Origin: an uncultured Marinilabiliaceae bacterium
GTDB taxonomy: Bacteria; Bacteroidota; Bacteroidia; Bacteroidales; Marinilabiliaceae
Length of the DNA stretch: 64,000 nt
Assembly (NCBI GenBank): GCA_964635545.1
Contig: CAZWOA010000003.1
Location: 9,229-73,228 of the forward strand
Direction of reading: 5' to 3'
Below the pieces are notes generated by a model that was not told the DNA's origin, ran no database searches, and worked only from the letters and a program-made list of their open reading frames with translations. Made by a program: the position numbers and the translations under genes. Below are positions 29,764 through 38,735 of the stretch, piece after piece. How positions within the stretch are numbered: position 1 is the first letter of the stretch; every line of letters starts with the position of its first letter.

Positions 29764-29890
29764 TTAAGGAGTTTAGCGTAATCTCGTTACTCTATCGATG
29801 CGGTACAACTCCTGCGGGAGCTATTATAAATCCCGGGCATCGGCTCGGAGAGTCATACCATGAATAACCGAGGGTTTCAACCCACGGTAT
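29764..29890 (+). repeat. Direct repeat copy B (127 bp) flanking the toxin-antitoxin cassette
   Basis: See copy A. Same orientation, starts 812 bp apart. Confidence 0.92.
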
Positions 29891-29955
29891 AAGCCGCATC
29901 GAACTACTGCCCGCAGTGGCAGCACAAAATAAGTGACATTCTGATTACTAACCAA

Positions 29956-30552
29956 TTATCGTACAAGGTTCCCAAACAATTTCTCAGCCTTATTGACTTT
30001 GGGAGCTACCACGATACGACAATATGGTTGCGACGGATTTTTGGTGAAATAATTCTGATGATAATCCTCAGCTTCGTAGAATGGAACAGCAGCCGAAATT
30101 TGAGTAACAATGGGATCATCAAAAACAATTTGACGTTCCAGTTCGGCAACATATTTTTCAACCATAACCTTCTGATTATCCGAAGTATAAAATATCACCG
30201 AACGATATTGAGTGCCAACATCATTACCTTGCCTATTGAGTGTTGTGGGGTCGTGAATAGTAAAGAAAACCTCCAAAATTTGATTTAAACTGATTGCAGA
30301 TGGGTCGTAAACCACCTTTACAACCTCGGCATGACCGGTAGTGCCAGAGCACACTTCACGGTAGGCAGGATTTTTAATTGTGCCGCCCATATAGCCCGAC
30401 ACGGCACTATCAACACCCTTTAACCGGCTAAAAACAGACTCGACACACCAGAAGCAACCGCCACCAAGATATATCACATCTCTCCCAGCAGCATTTATAT
30501 TATTGATACTCATCATCATAACAAGAATAAGAATATTAAAAAAACGCATCAC
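29956..30552 (-). CDS. msrA: Peptide-methionine (S)-S-oxide reductase with an N-terminal signal peptide
   Basis: 198 aa. It has the GGGCFWC active-site motif, preceded by MMRFFNILILVMMMSINNINA. Confidence 0.92.
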   Translation of the reverse strand: MMRFFNILILVMMMSINNINAAGRDVIYLGGGCFWCVESVFSRLKGVDSAVSGYMGGTIKNPAYREVCSGTTGHAEVVKVVYDPSAISLNQILEVFFTIHDPTTLNRQGNDVGTQYRSVIFYTSDNQKVMVEKYVAELERQIVFDDPIVTQISAAVPFYEAEDYHQNYFTKNPSQPYCRIVVAPKVNKAEKLFGNLVR

Positions 30553-30651
30553 ACAATCTATTATCTGATTTAATAATTGAACAATCGAGCATGCAAAAAG
30601 TTAAAAAGATTCACATGAGGCTTAAATGATTAACTTTTTGTAATTTTGAGC

Positions 30652-31944
30652 ATGGAAAATTCAGTGCCGTCATCACATCTGCCATTAGCCGAGCGAATGC
30701 GCCCTCAGACCCTCGACCAATATATTGGTCAGAAACATCTGGTGGGCGAAGGTGCCGTATTGCGACGCATGATAGATGCCAACACATTATCATCCATACT
30801 GTTATGGGGACCGCCCGGAGTGGGTAAAACCACCTTAGCACGCATAATATCGCAACAGCTCAACCGGCCGTTTTATGTTCTATCGGCCATCAGTTCGGGC
30901 GTTAAGGATGTGCGCGAAGTGATTGAGAAGGCCAAACGTGCTCGATTTTTCAATCCCGTATCGCCAATATTATTCATCGACGAGATACACCGATTCAGTA
31001 AATCACAGCAGGACAGCCTATTGGGTGCCGTTGAAGAGGGAGTAGTTACACTTATTGGTGCCACCACCGAAAATCCGTCGTTTGAGGTTATCTCCCCTCT
31101 CCTATCACGTTGCCAGGTATATGTGCTGAAATCGTTGGAGGAAGATGATTTATTAGAGCTGGCCAACAATGTGATAACAGGCGATAATATCCTGAAAAAC
31201 AAAAATATAACCATAGGTGAAAGTGGTGCATTATTGCGTTATTCGGGTGGTGATGCACGCAAGTTGCTCAATATAATAGAATTGGTGGTAAATGCCGAAT
31301 GGAATAATAATGAGATAGTTATCACCGATGAAGTGGTTACCCGCAATCTACAGCAGAGTCCGGCTCAATATGACAAGAATGGCGAGATGCATTACGATAT
31401 CATTTCAGCATTCATCAAATCAATAAGGGGAAGCGACCCCGATGCGGCTGTTTACTGGCTTGCAAGGATGATTGAAGGAGGTGAGGATCCCAAATTTATA
31501 GCCAGAAGGCTACTTATATCTGCTGCCGAAGATATAGGGCTTGCCAATCCCAACGCACTACTGATGGCCACACAAGCCTTCGAAGCCATTCAGATGATTG
31601 GCTGGCCCGAAGGAAGGTTAATATTATCGCAAGCCACAATATATCTGGCCACAAGTGCAAAAAGCAATTCGGCCTATATGGCTATTAATAGTGCGCAGGA
31701 GTTTGTGCGGCAAACAGGGAATCTTCCGGTGCCACTACACCTGCGTAATGCACCCACAAAGCTGATGAAGGAGCTGAACTACGGAAAAGAGTACCGCTAT
31801 CCGCATGACTTCCCTGGTAACTTTACACCTCAGGATTATATGCCCGAAGGATATGGAAATAAAAAATTCTTCAAACCCGGAACCAACTCACAAGAGGCTA
31901 AAATAGCAGAGAGGCAAAATCAGCTATGGAACAATAAGAAATAG
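30652..31944 (+). CDS. rarA: Replication-associated recombination protein A (MgsA/RarA AAA+ ATPase)
   Basis: LAERMRPQTLDQYIGQ, Walker A GPPGVGKTT, Walker B FIDEIHRF. The track ORF starts 6 nt earlier at a TTG. Confidence 0.93.
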   Translation: MENSVPSSHLPLAERMRPQTLDQYIGQKHLVGEGAVLRRMIDANTLSSILLWGPPGVGKTTLARIISQQLNRPFYVLSAISSGVKDVREVIEKAKRARFFNPVSPILFIDEIHRFSKSQQDSLLGAVEEGVVTLIGATTENPSFEVISPLLSRCQVYVLKSLEEDDLLELANNVITGDNILKNKNITIGESGALLRYSGGDARKLLNIIELVVNAEWNNNEIVITDEVVTRNLQQSPAQYDKNGEMHYDIISAFIKSIRGSDPDAAVYWLARMIEGGEDPKFIARRLLISAAEDIGLANPNALLMATQAFEAIQMIGWPEGRLILSQATIYLATSAKSNSAYMAINSAQEFVRQTGNLPVPLHLRNAPTKLMKELNYGKEYRYPHDFPGNFTPQDYMPEGYGNKKFFKPGTNSQEAKIAERQNQLWNNKK

Positions 31945-31968
31945 TATATAACATTAAAAACTAACGAT

Positions 31969-32790
31969 ATGATAATTACTGAAATTCCAAAAATAAAGCA
32001 TACCGACTCAGGAAACTTCTTCCTGATGGCAGGTCCATGCGCCATAGAGGGTGAAGATATGGCTTTGCGCATTGCCGAGCATGTAGTAAAGGTTACCGAC
32101 AAACTTAAAATCCCTTATATATTCAAAGGATCGTACCGTAAGGCCAACCGCTCGCGCAACGACTCTTTCAGTGGCATTGGAGATGAAAAAGCACTAAAGA
32201 TACTTCGCAAAGTGAGCGAGACCTTCGAAGTGCCTGTCGTTACTGATATTCATGCTGCCAATGAAGCCGCAATGGCTGCCGAATATGTGGATGTGCTTCA
32301 GATTCCGGCATTCCTTTGCCGCCAAACCGACCTACTGATTGCTGCTGCAGAGACAGGCAAGACCATCAATATTAAAAAGGGACAGTTTCTTTCGCCTGAA
32401 GCTATGTTACATGCAGTAAATAAAGTGCGCGATTGCAACAATAATAAAGTTATACTAACCGACCGAGGAACAACATTCGGATATTATGATCTTATAGTTG
32501 ACTACCGTGGCATACCTTCAATGCAAGCTATGGACGTACCCGTGGTTCTCGACATCACCCATTCGCTTCAGCAACCCAATCAGGCCTCAGGAGTAACAGG
32601 TGGTAAGCCGGCACTTATCGAAACCATTGCTCGCGCTGGCGTGGCAGTGGGTGTTGACGGTCTGTTTATCGAGACTCACTTCGACCCCAAGAATGCAAAA
32701 TCAGATGGTGCTAATATGCTTCATCTTGATCTGTTTGAAGGACTTATGACAAGGCTAACAGCCATTAGAGCGGCCATTAAGCAGTTCTAA
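31969..32790 (+). CDS. kdsA: 3-deoxy-8-phosphooctulonate (KDO-8-P) synthase
   Basis: 273 aa, AGPCAIE, FKGSYRKANRS, DITHSLQ motifs. Confidence 0.93.
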   Translation: MIITEIPKIKHTDSGNFFLMAGPCAIEGEDMALRIAEHVVKVTDKLKIPYIFKGSYRKANRSRNDSFSGIGDEKALKILRKVSETFEVPVVTDIHAANEAAMAAEYVDVLQIPAFLCRQTDLLIAAAETGKTINIKKGQFLSPEAMLHAVNKVRDCNNNKVILTDRGTTFGYYDLIVDYRGIPSMQAMDVPVVLDITHSLQQPNQASGVTGGKPALIETIARAGVAVGVDGLFIETHFDPKNAKSDGANMLHLDLFEGLMTRLTAIRAAIKQF

Positions 32791-32851
32791 AATATAGATG
32801 ATAGAAGGTCTCTCACTTCGTTCGAGATGACCGATAGATTGCGATGTCTGG

Positions 32852-32898
32852 GGGAGGTGTCTTGTTTGGCGGCAGAGCCGCCAAACAAGACACCTCCC
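32852..32898. repeat. Perfect 22-bp-stem, 3-nt-loop hairpin/palindrome
   Basis: gggaggtgtcttgtttggcggc-aga-gccgccaaacaagacacctccc. The arms are exact reverse complements and there is no flanking T-run on either strand. Confidence 0.95.
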
Positions 32899-32974
32899 AT
32901 TACATAACGACTCCTCGTCATTCCAACCACAGGGAGAAACGAAGTTCAGCGTAGCTAAATCTTCTCTTGCGAGC

Positions 32975-33064
32975 AAAACTATTTAACTATTCAACTCTTT
33001 AACTATTAAACCATTCAACTATTTGCCTATTTAACTTTTCATCTATTTAACTATTAAACTATCC
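32975..33064 (-). repeat. AT-rich degenerate tandem word repeat (reverse orientation of the GGTTTAAG/GGTTAAAT/AGTTGAATAG type)
   Basis: aaaactatttaactattcaactctttaactattaaaccattcaactatttgcctatttaacttttcatctatttaactattaaactatcc. It is the complement of the repeats at 62091-62206 and 62455-62502. Confidence 0.6.
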
Positions 33065-33089
33065 ATAACTCTACGCATAACCGTCCTCC

Positions 33090-34202
33090 TCACACCTTAA
33101 TAAAAATCTTATTGCGATAAAGTACCCACCCCATCAGCCAAAAAATAATTATACAACTAATGGCATAGAATAGAGAGCCATTCATATTTCCTGCCCATGG
33201 CACAAACAGGTACTCATACACCCATGTATTAAATGGCATTAGATTTCCATCGGCAGTTGGTATCTTTACAAATATAAACAGTGCACGCATCATCAATCCG
33301 GCAAAAGCAAAAATAAATAATGGATTCATGCCAAAAACAACGAAGAACCCAGTCCATTTCTTATGCCCCTTAATATCAATTACATAAACCAAAACTGCCA
33401 GTGTAATAGATGCCAATCCACCGGTATAAAGCACATAGCTACTGGTCCACAACTCCTTATTAATGGGGAACCACAAGCCCCACACCCATCCTATTACAGC
33501 ACATAACGCTCCCCATAGCAGCAGCTTCTTTGGAACATCTTTTTTACCACTTCCACTGATTACCGTACCTGCAAAATACCCCATGGTAGTGGTTACAATG
33601 GCAGGTAGGGAACTAAGCACTCCTTCGGGCTCAAAATAGAGTCCAAACCCATTATACATGTGGGCTTCGGATAGCAAAAAAGCATCAAAACCTATGGTGG
33701 CATTACCAGCCAAAGAATATGGGTCATCACCGCCGAAATACCACATTATGGCCCAATAGCCAATCAATATACCCCCTGAAGCAACCATAAGTCCTTTTCT
33801 CGAAAGTCCTAAAATAAGCAGAGAACCAACGAGATACACAAGTGCAATGCGCTGAAGAACACCCATTATACGCACATGTGACCAATCTATCTCCCATTGC
33901 GGAAATGAGTGCAGAAACAATCCAATACCAAAAATCAATACCGAACGCCTTACTATCTTTATAATCGTTGCTCTGTTAAGGCTATTTTGATATTTGGAGA
34001 ATGAAAAAAACATTGATACTCCCATCACAAAGAGGAAAAACGGAAATACCAGATCGGTGGGCGTGCAACCGTGCCATGCAGCATGCCGCAACGGAGGATA
34101 TATATATTTCCAACTTCCCGGGTTGTTAACCAAAATCATAAGAACAATGGTCATGCCTCGTAATACATCGAGTGCCAGATAACGGGTTGATTTTTCCATC
34201 AC
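33090..34202 (-). CDS. DUF1624/DUF5009-type acyltransferase-like membrane protein (heparan-alpha-glucosaminide N-acetyltransferase-like)
   Basis: 370 aa polytopic protein, RYLALDVLRGMTIVLMILVNNPGSW N-terminus. Confidence 0.75.
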   Translation of the reverse strand: MMEKSTRYLALDVLRGMTIVLMILVNNPGSWKYIYPPLRHAAWHGCTPTDLVFPFFLFVMGVSMFFSFSKYQNSLNRATIIKIVRRSVLIFGIGLFLHSFPQWEIDWSHVRIMGVLQRIALVYLVGSLLILGLSRKGLMVASGGILIGYWAIMWYFGGDDPYSLAGNATIGFDAFLLSEAHMYNGFGLYFEPEGVLSSLPAIVTTTMGYFAGTVISGSGKKDVPKKLLLWGALCAVIGWVWGLWFPINKELWTSSYVLYTGGLASITLAVLVYVIDIKGHKKWTGFFVVFGMNPLFIFAFAGLMMRALFIFVKIPTADGNLMPFNTWVYEYLFVPWAGNMNGSLFYAISCIIIFWLMGWVLYRNKIFIKV

Positions 34203-34204
34203 AA

Positions 34205-35641
34205 CTACTTTTTATGAGATATAAGCATAAGACCTAAAAATACAATAGCACCATTGAGTAATAACAGTTCAAAGCCAAACTGGTAACCACCCAACCACTG
34301 CTTAGAATTAAGATTGAGAATATAACAAAATATGGGGGCAAACACACTTATATATGGCACCCAACGGTCGCGCACAGCACGTTTGGTCAGTATTCCGAAG
34401 GAAAATAGCCCCAATAGTGGTCCATAAGTATAACCTGCCACAGTAAATACTGCACTCACCACACTTTTATCATTAATTATACGGAAAAGCACAATCACCA
34501 AAAACACCAACAGTGAAAAACCGATATGTACAAAAAATCGTTTACGCTTTCCATCATCCGAAGAGGGGTCAACACGTAAGAAATCAATACAAAATGCAGT
34601 TGTTAAAGCTGTAAGCGCCGAATCGGCACTGGAATATGCCGCAGAAATAATACCTAGCAGAAACAGAACACCTGCAAATAATCCGAAGTAATTTACAGCC
34701 AAATTTGGATATAAATCGTCGCTATGCGCAGGAGTGGGAATACCCATCACCGATGAATATTGATAAAGCAAAACACCCAACGATAAAAACAGCAGATTAA
34801 CAATAATAAATGCAAAGCTAAACCAGAAAATATTCTTCTTTGCCTCACCCACGTTTTTACAGGTAAGACTCTTCTGCATCATGTTCTGGTCGAGGCCGTT
34901 CATCACAATCACAATTCCAAGTCCGGCCATAAACTGCTTAAAGAAATTGGTTTTACTACGCCAATCCCAATCAAAAATATCGCTATACGGATGATTTACA
35001 ATTGTAGTAAACAGCTCTTTGGCACTCTGATTAAGCTCTTTAGATATCACCACAATGGTTAACCCCACGGCCAGAAGAATAAAAAGAGTCTGCAATGAGT
35101 CGGTCCAAATAACAGTTTTAATGCCTGCCTTAAAAGTATAGAGCCAAATAAGCAGAATCGTTACGAACACAGTACCATAAAACGGCCATCCAAGAGCATC
35201 GAACACCGCAAGTTGTAACACAACTGCAGCTAAATAGAGGCGAAACGAAGCTCCAATGGTTTGTGAAAGTATAAAAAAGAAGGAACCTGTGCGGTATGAT
35301 GCCAATCCGAAACGATGGTTAAGATAGGTGTAGATACTCACCAAATTTAGTTTATAATATAGCGGAATAAGCACAAAAGCTATAATCCAGTATCCCAAGA
35401 AGTTACCCAGTAGAAACTGAAGGTAGTACCAGTTTGTGTTACCCACTTCACCCGGCACCGATATAAAAGTAACTCCCGAAATAGTGGCTCCTATCATACC
35501 AAAAGCTACTAAATACCATGGCATTTGGCGGTTACCAGTGAAGAATGTCTCGTTGCCTGCTTTTCGCCCCGATAGATAGGAAACTATTAGCAACACACCG
35601 AAGAAAAGGCCTATTACTATAAACGATATAGTTGTTGTCAT
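34205..35641 (-). CDS. Sodium:solute symporter (SSS) family transporter
   Basis: 478 aa with about 13 TM segments and an SSS-like N-terminal region (FFTGNRQMPWYLVAFGMIGATISGVTFISVPG). Confidence 0.85.
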   Translation of the reverse strand: MTTTISFIVIGLFFGVLLIVSYLSGRKAGNETFFTGNRQMPWYLVAFGMIGATISGVTFISVPGEVGNTNWYYLQFLLGNFLGYWIIAFVLIPLYYKLNLVSIYTYLNHRFGLASYRTGSFFFILSQTIGASFRLYLAAVVLQLAVFDALGWPFYGTVFVTILLIWLYTFKAGIKTVIWTDSLQTLFILLAVGLTIVVISKELNQSAKELFTTIVNHPYSDIFDWDWRSKTNFFKQFMAGLGIVIVMNGLDQNMMQKSLTCKNVGEAKKNIFWFSFAFIIVNLLFLSLGVLLYQYSSVMGIPTPAHSDDLYPNLAVNYFGLFAGVLFLLGIISAAYSSADSALTALTTAFCIDFLRVDPSSDDGKRKRFFVHIGFSLLVFLVIVLFRIINDKSVVSAVFTVAGYTYGPLLGLFSFGILTKRAVRDRWVPYISVFAPIFCYILNLNSKQWLGGYQFGFELLLLNGAIVFLGLMLISHKK

Positions 35642-35815
35642 CCTGATTTGCTATATTTTATTGAAATTCTTAATCTTATAAAAATTCACTCTTCACAGAA
35701 TGCATTTCTATAACACATATTACAAAAATATATTATTATTTGTTATTATCCATTAAAAAAGCTGCCTTAAAAAAGGCAGCTTTAAAATTCAAATATTAAT
35801 CACTACAACAAACAT

Positions 35816-36628
35816 CTATTTATTGTAATATTTCAATGCTTCATGCATAAAGTTCTGCAAGTCGCGCACACGAGTTTCATCAGATGGGTGCGTACTTAGA
35901 AATTGAGGTGATTTTGCCCCACTCGATGAAGCCATACGCTGCCAAAATGTTATTGCATGCTCGGGGTTATAACCAGCCATAGCCATAAATATAAGCCCTA
36001 ATTTATCAGCCTCTGTCTCATGGCTGCGCGAATAGGGTAACGCAACAAGCAACTGGCTTCCAAGACCATAGACAGTAGAAAACACAGCCTGCGTTTGGGG
36101 TGATTTTTCAGAAAGCATTACGCCTCCCAGTTCGGCACCAAACTGTGTAACCATCTGCTGGCTCATGCGCTCGTTACCATGACGTGCCACAGCATGGGCA
36201 ATCTCATGCCCCATAACAACTGCAATGCCATTTTCATCCTGGCAATAGGGCAGAATTCCGGTATAGAACACCACCTTACCACCCGGCATACACCAAGCAT
36301 TGGGTGTTGCATCATCCACAAGGTTAAACTCCCAGGCATAACCGTCAAGGTGCGACGACAACCCCTGATTAGCCATATATTGCTCTACAGCTTTTGATAT
36401 ACGGGCACCAACACTTTTCACCAATTCGGTATTTTTTTTATCGGTACTAACTTTTGTCTCCTTCAAAAAATCATCGTATTGTGTGAAACTCATTGCCATC
36501 ATAGACGATTCAGGCATAAGAAGTAACTGCTTACGCCCGGTAATAGGCACACTGGTACAGCGCACAACAACAACTGCCACAACTATAACAAGCAGTGAAC
36601 CAATAACTTTCAAACTTTTATCTTTCAT
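35816..36628 (-). CDS. M48-family zinc metallopeptidase, probable lipoprotein
   Basis: 270 aa, HEIAHAVARH zinc motif with downstream E, and an N-terminal hydrophobic anchor with Cys. Confidence 0.88.
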   Translation of the reverse strand: MKDKSLKVIGSLLVIVVAVVVVRCTSVPITGRKQLLLMPESSMMAMSFTQYDDFLKETKVSTDKKNTELVKSVGARISKAVEQYMANQGLSSHLDGYAWEFNLVDDATPNAWCMPGGKVVFYTGILPYCQDENGIAVVMGHEIAHAVARHGNERMSQQMVTQFGAELGGVMLSEKSPQTQAVFSTVYGLGSQLLVALPYSRSHETEADKLGLIFMAMAGYNPEHAITFWQRMASSSGAKSPQFLSTHPSDETRVRDLQNFMHEALKYYNK

Positions 36629-36721
36629 ATATTAAGCTTAGATTTTTATTCTTTTGCAAATATAAAATAACCACCTGATATAAGTAAAAAAAGAGTATAT
36701 TAATCGTCAAATTTTACACTA

Positions 36722-37618
36722 ATGTCATCAAATATAAAACACCACTTAGAGCTACACCTTATCGTGCTTATATACGGCTTCACAGCAATTCTTGGTCGCC
36801 TCATATCGCTTAATGCCGACCTACTGGTAGCCTGGCGGATGGTTATCACTGTTACGGTTCTTTCGCTCATTATTTTCCGCAATGGAAATATTAAGTGGCC
36901 CTCTCGAAAACAAACCACATCATATCTGCTTGTGGGTGTAATAGTTGCGTGCCATTGGATAACTTTTTTTGGTGCCATAAAAATTGCCAATGTGTCGGTG
37001 GCTTTGGGCGGACTGGCCTCCACTACACTTTTTGTGTCTATCCTGGAACCGATTATTCTAAAACGAAGGTTCAGAGTGCTGGAACTTGCAATAGGATTGC
37101 TGATTATCATCGGTCTAACAATAATATTTAGGTTTGAAACCACATATTACAAGGGATTGATAGTGGCACTCACATCAGCATTTCTGGCGGCACTATTCAC
37201 TGTAATCAACAAAAAACTGGTGAGTAAAGAGAGTAACCACTCATTTTTAATGGGATATCTACAACTTGCAGGAGGTGCCACTGCAGTAATTATTTACCTC
37301 GCTTTGAAAGGAACATTCAACACCACCGCATTTCTGCCATCAAGCAGCGACTGGCTGTGGCTGAGCCTGTTAGCAGTGATTTGCACTGCCTACCCATACA
37401 TCGCAACTATTAGACTGATGAAGAACCTGTCGGCCTATAATATTACACTTGCAATAAACATGGAGCCCATATATGGCGTAGTGCTTGCCTTCTTTATTTT
37501 TGGGCAATCGGAGCAGATGACTTCCGGCTTTTACCTTGGAGCAGCCATAATAATGGCATCAGTATTTGCATATCCGGTAATACTTAAATTTTTTCATCCG
37601 CTATCAAAGCAGCAATAG
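36722..37618 (+). CDS. EamA/DMT-superfamily transporter
   Basis: 298 aa, ten predicted TM helices in two EamA-like halves. Confidence 0.8.
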   Translation: MSSNIKHHLELHLIVLIYGFTAILGRLISLNADLLVAWRMVITVTVLSLIIFRNGNIKWPSRKQTTSYLLVGVIVACHWITFFGAIKIANVSVALGGLASTTLFVSILEPIILKRRFRVLELAIGLLIIIGLTIIFRFETTYYKGLIVALTSAFLAALFTVINKKLVSKESNHSFLMGYLQLAGGATAVIIYLALKGTFNTTAFLPSSSDWLWLSLLAVICTAYPYIATIRLMKNLSAYNITLAINMEPIYGVVLAFFIFGQSEQMTSGFYLGAAIIMASVFAYPVILKFFHPLSKQQ

Positions 37619-38708
37619 CGGTAAACCTCTCTTTCAGAAGATATTTGCTATTATCGATGGCATATTGCAAAGTAACACCCTCATTAACAAGAGGTAACAC
37701 AGCATCAAAAAGAGAAGCATCTCCACTATATGAGCCACAAACGGCATACACAGGCTTATTATAATTACGGCATAAATGAGCAAGCAGGCCGACGCCCTTA
37801 CCCATTGAAGTTTGCACATCAATACGCCCCTCCCCGGTTATCACTACATCACTATTTCTGATGAGCAAGTCGATATTAAGAAACCTTCGAAACCAATCAA
37901 AACCGAGGCTTACCTCCACATTTTCAAATTTCAGAAGTGGAATTACCAATCCTCCTGCCGCACCCGTAAACTGCTGATAACCAGCAATGGAGCGGGAACT
38001 TAAAACCTGTTTATTAAGAGACTCAATCCAACGTGCAATACCATTTTCAAAGAGTGGAATATCACTATTTTTCAGACCTTTTTGAGGGCCATAAACCTTG
38101 ACACCACCCTCGTATCCCAAAGCACTGTTAACCACATCACTAACAACAGTAAGTTTTACTTCTTCAGGAAATATAAAATTATCAAAACTGATGGTTGAGA
38201 AACCCACCAGAGGGTTACCACTATTGATTTCATTACCGCAATCATCGTAAAACCTGCACCCCAAAGCACGCATCATACCTGCGCCGCCATCAATAGTTGC
38301 AGTACCGCCCAAAAAGAGATTTATAGCCTTACATCCACGTTTTACAGCATCAACAATAATATGCCCCACTCCATCGGAAGCCGCCAGGAATGGGTTTTTC
38401 TGATAATTATCAATACTTGCTATTTCGCACACCAAGGCTGACTCGATATATGCAACATCACCGGCAATAAAATAGGATGCCTCTACCTGATTACCCCATA
38501 TACCGGTTACCTTAGCATTGATAAATTGACCATCGATAATGGAAGCCACACAATCTAATGAGCCTTCACCACCATCAGCAAAAAGGGAAGTGTCAATATC
38601 AAGCTCTTCAAAAGGCTGAAAAGATTCGAAGGCTATATCTGCAACCTGACGGCTGGAAAGCGACCCCTTAAAAGAGTCGCTTATCACCAACACCTTTTTA
38701 ACAGTCAT
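37584..38708 (-). CDS. glxK: Glycerate kinase
   Basis: 374 aa, KKVLVISDSFKGSLSS N-terminus and GEGRIDVQTSMGKG motif. Confidence 0.88.
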   Translation of the reverse strand: MTVKKVLVISDSFKGSLSSRQVADIAFESFQPFEELDIDTSLFADGGEGSLDCVASIIDGQFINAKVTGIWGNQVEASYFIAGDVAYIESALVCEIASIDNYQKNPFLAASDGVGHIIVDAVKRGCKAINLFLGGTATIDGGAGMMRALGCRFYDDCGNEINSGNPLVGFSTISFDNFIFPEEVKLTVVSDVVNSALGYEGGVKVYGPQKGLKNSDIPLFENGIARWIESLNKQVLSSRSIAGYQQFTGAAGGLVIPLLKFENVEVSLGFDWFRRFLNIDLLIRNSDVVITGEGRIDVQTSMGKGVGLLAHLCRNYNKPVYAVCGSYSGDASLFDAVLPLVNEGVTLQYAIDNSKYLLKERFTAIAALIADEKI

Positions 38709-38735
38709 AACTAACTGATAATGAGCAATAGAACG

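Noticed and set aside
28952-29890. Integron-like gene cassette (attC sites flanking a TA pair, as in chromosomal superintegrons)
   Set aside because: The repeat length (about 127 bp) and the TA content are reminiscent of this. However, the repeat lacks end-to-end dyad symmetry (its two ends are not complementary). I could not find the RYYYAAC / GTTRRRY core pair. There is no intI gene or further cassettes in the window.
36700-37143. 147-aa minus-strand ORF, and the other 60-190-aa ORFs nested in larger genes (e.g. 9105-9638, 44631-45062, 51359-51859, 60933-61511)
   Set aside because: All lie antisense to, or out of frame within, long ORFs with strong family motifs. None has recognisable motifs or start signals.
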